Shown: positions 60,766 through 64,000 of the stretch, in pieces
How positions within the stretch are numbered: the stretch's first letter is position 1
Layout of the letters: each line of letters begins with the position of its first letter
Source: Octopus bimaculoides
Lineage: Eukaryota
Direction: 5' to 3'
Length of the DNA: 64,000 bases
NCBI RefSeq assembly: GCF_001194135.2
Contig: NC_068982.1
Location: 105,251,342 to 105,315,341, forward strand
Translations under genes and position numbers: made by a program
The notes under the pieces: model-generated
What the model was told of the DNA's origin: nothing
The model's database searches: none
The model's input: only the letters and a program-made list of their open reading frames with translations

Positions 60766-61020
60766 TCATCATCATCGTCATCGTCGTTTAACGTCCGCTT
60801 TCCATGCTAGCATGGGTTGGACGATTTGACTGAGGACTGGTGGACCAGGTAGCTACACCAGGCTCCAATCTGATTTGGCAGAGTTTCTACAGTTGGATGC
60901 CCTTCCTAACGCCAACCACTCTGAGAGTGTAGTAGGTGCTTTTATGTGCCACCGGCACGAAGGCCAGTCAGGCGGTACTGGCAACGGCCACGCTCGAAAT
61001 GGTGTATTTTACGTGTATTT
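60766..61020 (-). mobile_element. Family C retroposon
   Basis: (CAT)nCGTTTAACGTCCGCTTTCCATGCTAGCATGGGTTGGACG. Another copy starts at ~63957, and older ones lie near 30790, 41700, 49020, 51700, 52030, 56770, 61465 and 62470. Confidence 0.85.
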
Positions 61021-61955
61021 AACGATGATAATAAGTATCTAAAATGTCACATGTTTAACATGCTAACTAATGTATGTTCTGTTTAATCGAAGCCATGTTT
61101 CTCTTTCTGTTGAACCTCTTATATTTTATCAGATGTCTCTGATACGTTTTCTGCTGCCTCTGTTACATTACTACTTTTACCTGGCATAAAGAAATGTTCC
61201 CAGTTTGATGTCTTAGGTTTATTTATTTTTGTGGTGCAGGCATGGCTGTGATAGGCACAGGAATGACTGTGTGGTTAAGAAGCTTGCTTCTAGGTTCATT
61301 TCTGCTGCATGGCACCTTGGGCAAGTGCCTGTTACTATAATTCTTGGCTGACCAAAGCCTTGTGAGTGGATTTAGTAGCTGGAAACTGAAAGAAGTGTGT
61401 GTGTGTATAAATAGGAGTTTTGAGATTTTAAAACTCATTCCTTTGTGTTTATATATATCTGTATATCATCATCATCATTTAATGTCTGTTTTCCATGTTG
61501 GTATGGATAGGATGGTTTGACTGGAGCTGGTAAGGCCAGGGTCCTCATCAAGCTCCATTGTCTGTTCTGGCATGGTTTCTACAGCTGTATGCCCTTCCTA
61601 ATGCCAACTACTCTAGAGTGTACTGGATGTCATCAACAGTGCTTTTAATGTGGGTCCCAGCGCAGATGCTTTTTATGTGGTACTGTATATATATGTGTGT
61701 ATGTAGACAACACAAAGAAATAGGGATTTCAAAATTTGGGTAGATACTTTATAAGCACTCTGTTGTAATCAGAACTTGGTTAAGTATAATGACCAGTAGG
61801 AAACAAAAGGATTTGTGTAGATCAAATAATTACAATTGTACTCCAATTCAGTTAGTAAATCCAAAGAATGTCGCATAAAATTCCAGAGTATATTAGAAAG
61901 ACAGAATGGAAAATGGAGAATTACCTATCTTTAATTAATATTTTACAACATATAA

Positions 61956-62296
61956 ATGAAGACGCATGGCTCAGTGGTTAGAGCATCAGGCTCACAGTCA
62001 TGAGGTTGTGAATTCAATTCCCAGACCAGGCTCTGTGCTGTGTTCTTGAGCAAGACACTTTATTTCATGTTGCTCCAGTTCATTCATCTGTAGAAATGAG
62101 TTGTGATGTCATTGGTGCCAAACTGTATCAGCCTTTGCCTTTCCCTTGGATAACATTAGCAGTGTGGAGAGGGGAGGCTGGTATGCATGGATGACTGCTG
62201 GTCTTCCATAAGCAACTTTGCTCGGACTTGTACCTTGGAGGGAAACTTTCAGGGTGCAATCCAATGATTATTCATGACCGAAGGGGGTCTTTACCC
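61956..62296 (+). mobile_element. Family D SINE, intact copy
   Basis: tRNA-like head TGGCTCAGTGGTTAGAGC and CORE-like TTGAGCAAGACACTTTA. 14-bp TSD TTTACA(A/G)CATATAA (61942-61955, 62297-62310). Confidence 0.88.
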
Positions 62297-62880
62297 TTTA
62301 CAGCATATAAGATGCCAACACGTGTTTCTGTTCTGCAAGTACTTTAGCATCCATAAATGTGATCGTAGTACTGATCAATTCATATTAAATTGACTTAATA
62401 TGAATCAGTTTGTTGTACAGAACCATCGCATCATATATTGTGTATATGTGTAAGCTGGTGTCTTCTTGTCTTGGTGTCAAGTGATTGTTGTAAAGAAGTC
62501 TCACTGTCATACAGGCAGTGTCCTTCATTTCCTATCTTCCATGAAAACATGCCTAGTAATGGTAAATCATTACCAGGTGAGGATTGGTAATAGGAAAGGC
62601 ATCTGGTTGTGGAGTGTCTGTCTCAACAAATTCTGTCCAACCCACATAAGCATAGAAGAGGATGTTGAAATAAGGATGATGGTGGTGGGGATGGCATGCT
62701 TTAATGTTGTCTTATCATTAATTTGGTGTAAATTTTGGGGGTCAAATATTCCATAAGTTTTAAGGTAGCCTGCAGTTATAGGATTTTTCTCTTTCAAAGA
62801 AACTTGATTTTTTTTTTACTTTATCAAACCAACTTTCTCTTTGAATATTGTTGACTTAGTAAATAATTCTATAATTGCAG

Positions 62881-63691
62881 CACTACCCCCATCAAAAGTT
62901 GAACCTAGTATTACTGTTAAATCTGAGGACAATGAGAAAAAGGAAGCTGTTGCTGTACCCCGTAAGAAGTCAAAGGAAGAAATGAAAGAAGAGCTACGTA
63001 GCCAGAAGGTAATGGAAAAGCGCCTTGCTCTTCGGCGGCGGCGCACCCGAAATAAACGCTACACTTCTGAGGAATTTACCTCCATATTTACTGAAAAGGG
63101 CCAATCATTTTCTAATTTAAGTTATCAAGATATTGATGAAAGCTCTCCAGATCAGCTGCCTGGTGAGAATGTGGCCCAGTTTGAGTCAACTGAGAATGAA
63201 ACTGGGACCTCACAAGCAGTTGAAATGGATGATTGCTTTCCAGAGTCACCCCCTACTCCCACACAAGATGAACATGACCCTGATATCTATGATACACCTG
63301 CATCTGAAGTACTTGTCTCTGAACTGACTAAAATACCAATTTATGAAATGGGTGGGACAACTGCCTATTCTGCTGCCCTTGGCCTGGGACCGTTAGACGA
63401 GAGTGTCCCCTCAAAACAACAGACTTCATCAAATGCTAACAGCAAGAGCACTAATCCTGAATCTTCTTTTTCTGGAACTCGATGTACTAGTCCTTACAGT
63501 GATATTTCAGAATCTTCTAAAGAAGATTTAATTGATGAAATGCCTAAAGAAAAGAAACCTATTTTAAAGAAAAAGGAAGAGAAAATAACAAAGATTGAGA
63601 AACCATCTCAAAAGATTCCCTTGTTGGATACTTACAGTAGTAAAAGAAAACCTAGCAGTCATGGTCATTATAATCTGGGACCTGCAGCACG
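62881..63691 (+). CDS. BOD1L1: BOD1L1 exon 7 (gene continues beyond the window)
   Basis: ATAATTGCAG| phase-1 entry into the 284-aa ORF (KVMEKRLALRRRR...) and donor CACG|GTAAGT, phase 2. The seven exons give 3188 nt of open frame. Confidence 0.85.
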
Positions 63692-64000
63692 GTAAGTTGG
63701 TTTAATTGTTTTTTTCTATTTTGTGAGTTGTGTCAAGTAACTATTGTTGATTTTTGATATTCACACTGAAGATTAGAATAGTTTTATCTACCACATCAGT
63801 TACATGATTTTAGCTCATAGGCCTAGCATACTGTAATTTCATCCTTGATCCTTGGGTGCCATTAGTTAGAGTTCACTGTCCTTTCTCTTCTGACTAAATA
63901 GAGAGAAAAAAACCTCCAAAGATTACTTAATCTTAAAAATGGCAAGGTTATATTATATCATCATCATCGTCGTTTAACGTCCGCTTTACATGCTAGCATG

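Overview
Repeat-dense, AT-rich animal genomic DNA with eight N gaps (19395-19863, 22662-22911, 27102-27341, 28144-28668, 36260-36684, 39574-39861, 45645-45700, 51552-51561). The microsatellites and repeat families suggest an Octopus scaffold; this is inferred, not searched. Two host genes lie head-to-head. UBOX5/RNF37 (U-box plus C3HC4 RING) is on the minus strand with its whole 558-aa CDS in one exon (31510-33186). BOD1L1 (COMPASS Shg1/BOD1 family) is on the plus strand, with seven phase-compatible GT-AG coding exons from 44958 to 63691, and continues past the window. Most of the rest is decayed or nested mobile DNA: RTE, CR1, Tx1/L1 and R4/Dong LINE pieces, a Penelope-like element, solo LTRs, a Gypsy integrase remnant, hAT, mariner, maT, piggyBac-type and GG-ended MITEs, Helitron ends and at least five SINE-like families. 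The most notable observations are: (1) a TSD-flanked inverted pair of Penelope-type tails in BOD1L1 intron 1 that puts an intact minimal hammerhead ribozyme on each strand inside a 107-bp near-perfect hairpin; (2) loss of the conserved U-box DPFTG proline in an otherwise intact UBOX5; (3) two hAT insertions that both landed in tRNA-derived SINE heads; (4) a composite Helitron locus containing a 91-bp element with both termini; (5) an unexplained 53-bp perfect direct repeat with an internal hairpin. All protein and family assignments are by eye and from recalled motifs; no database search was run.
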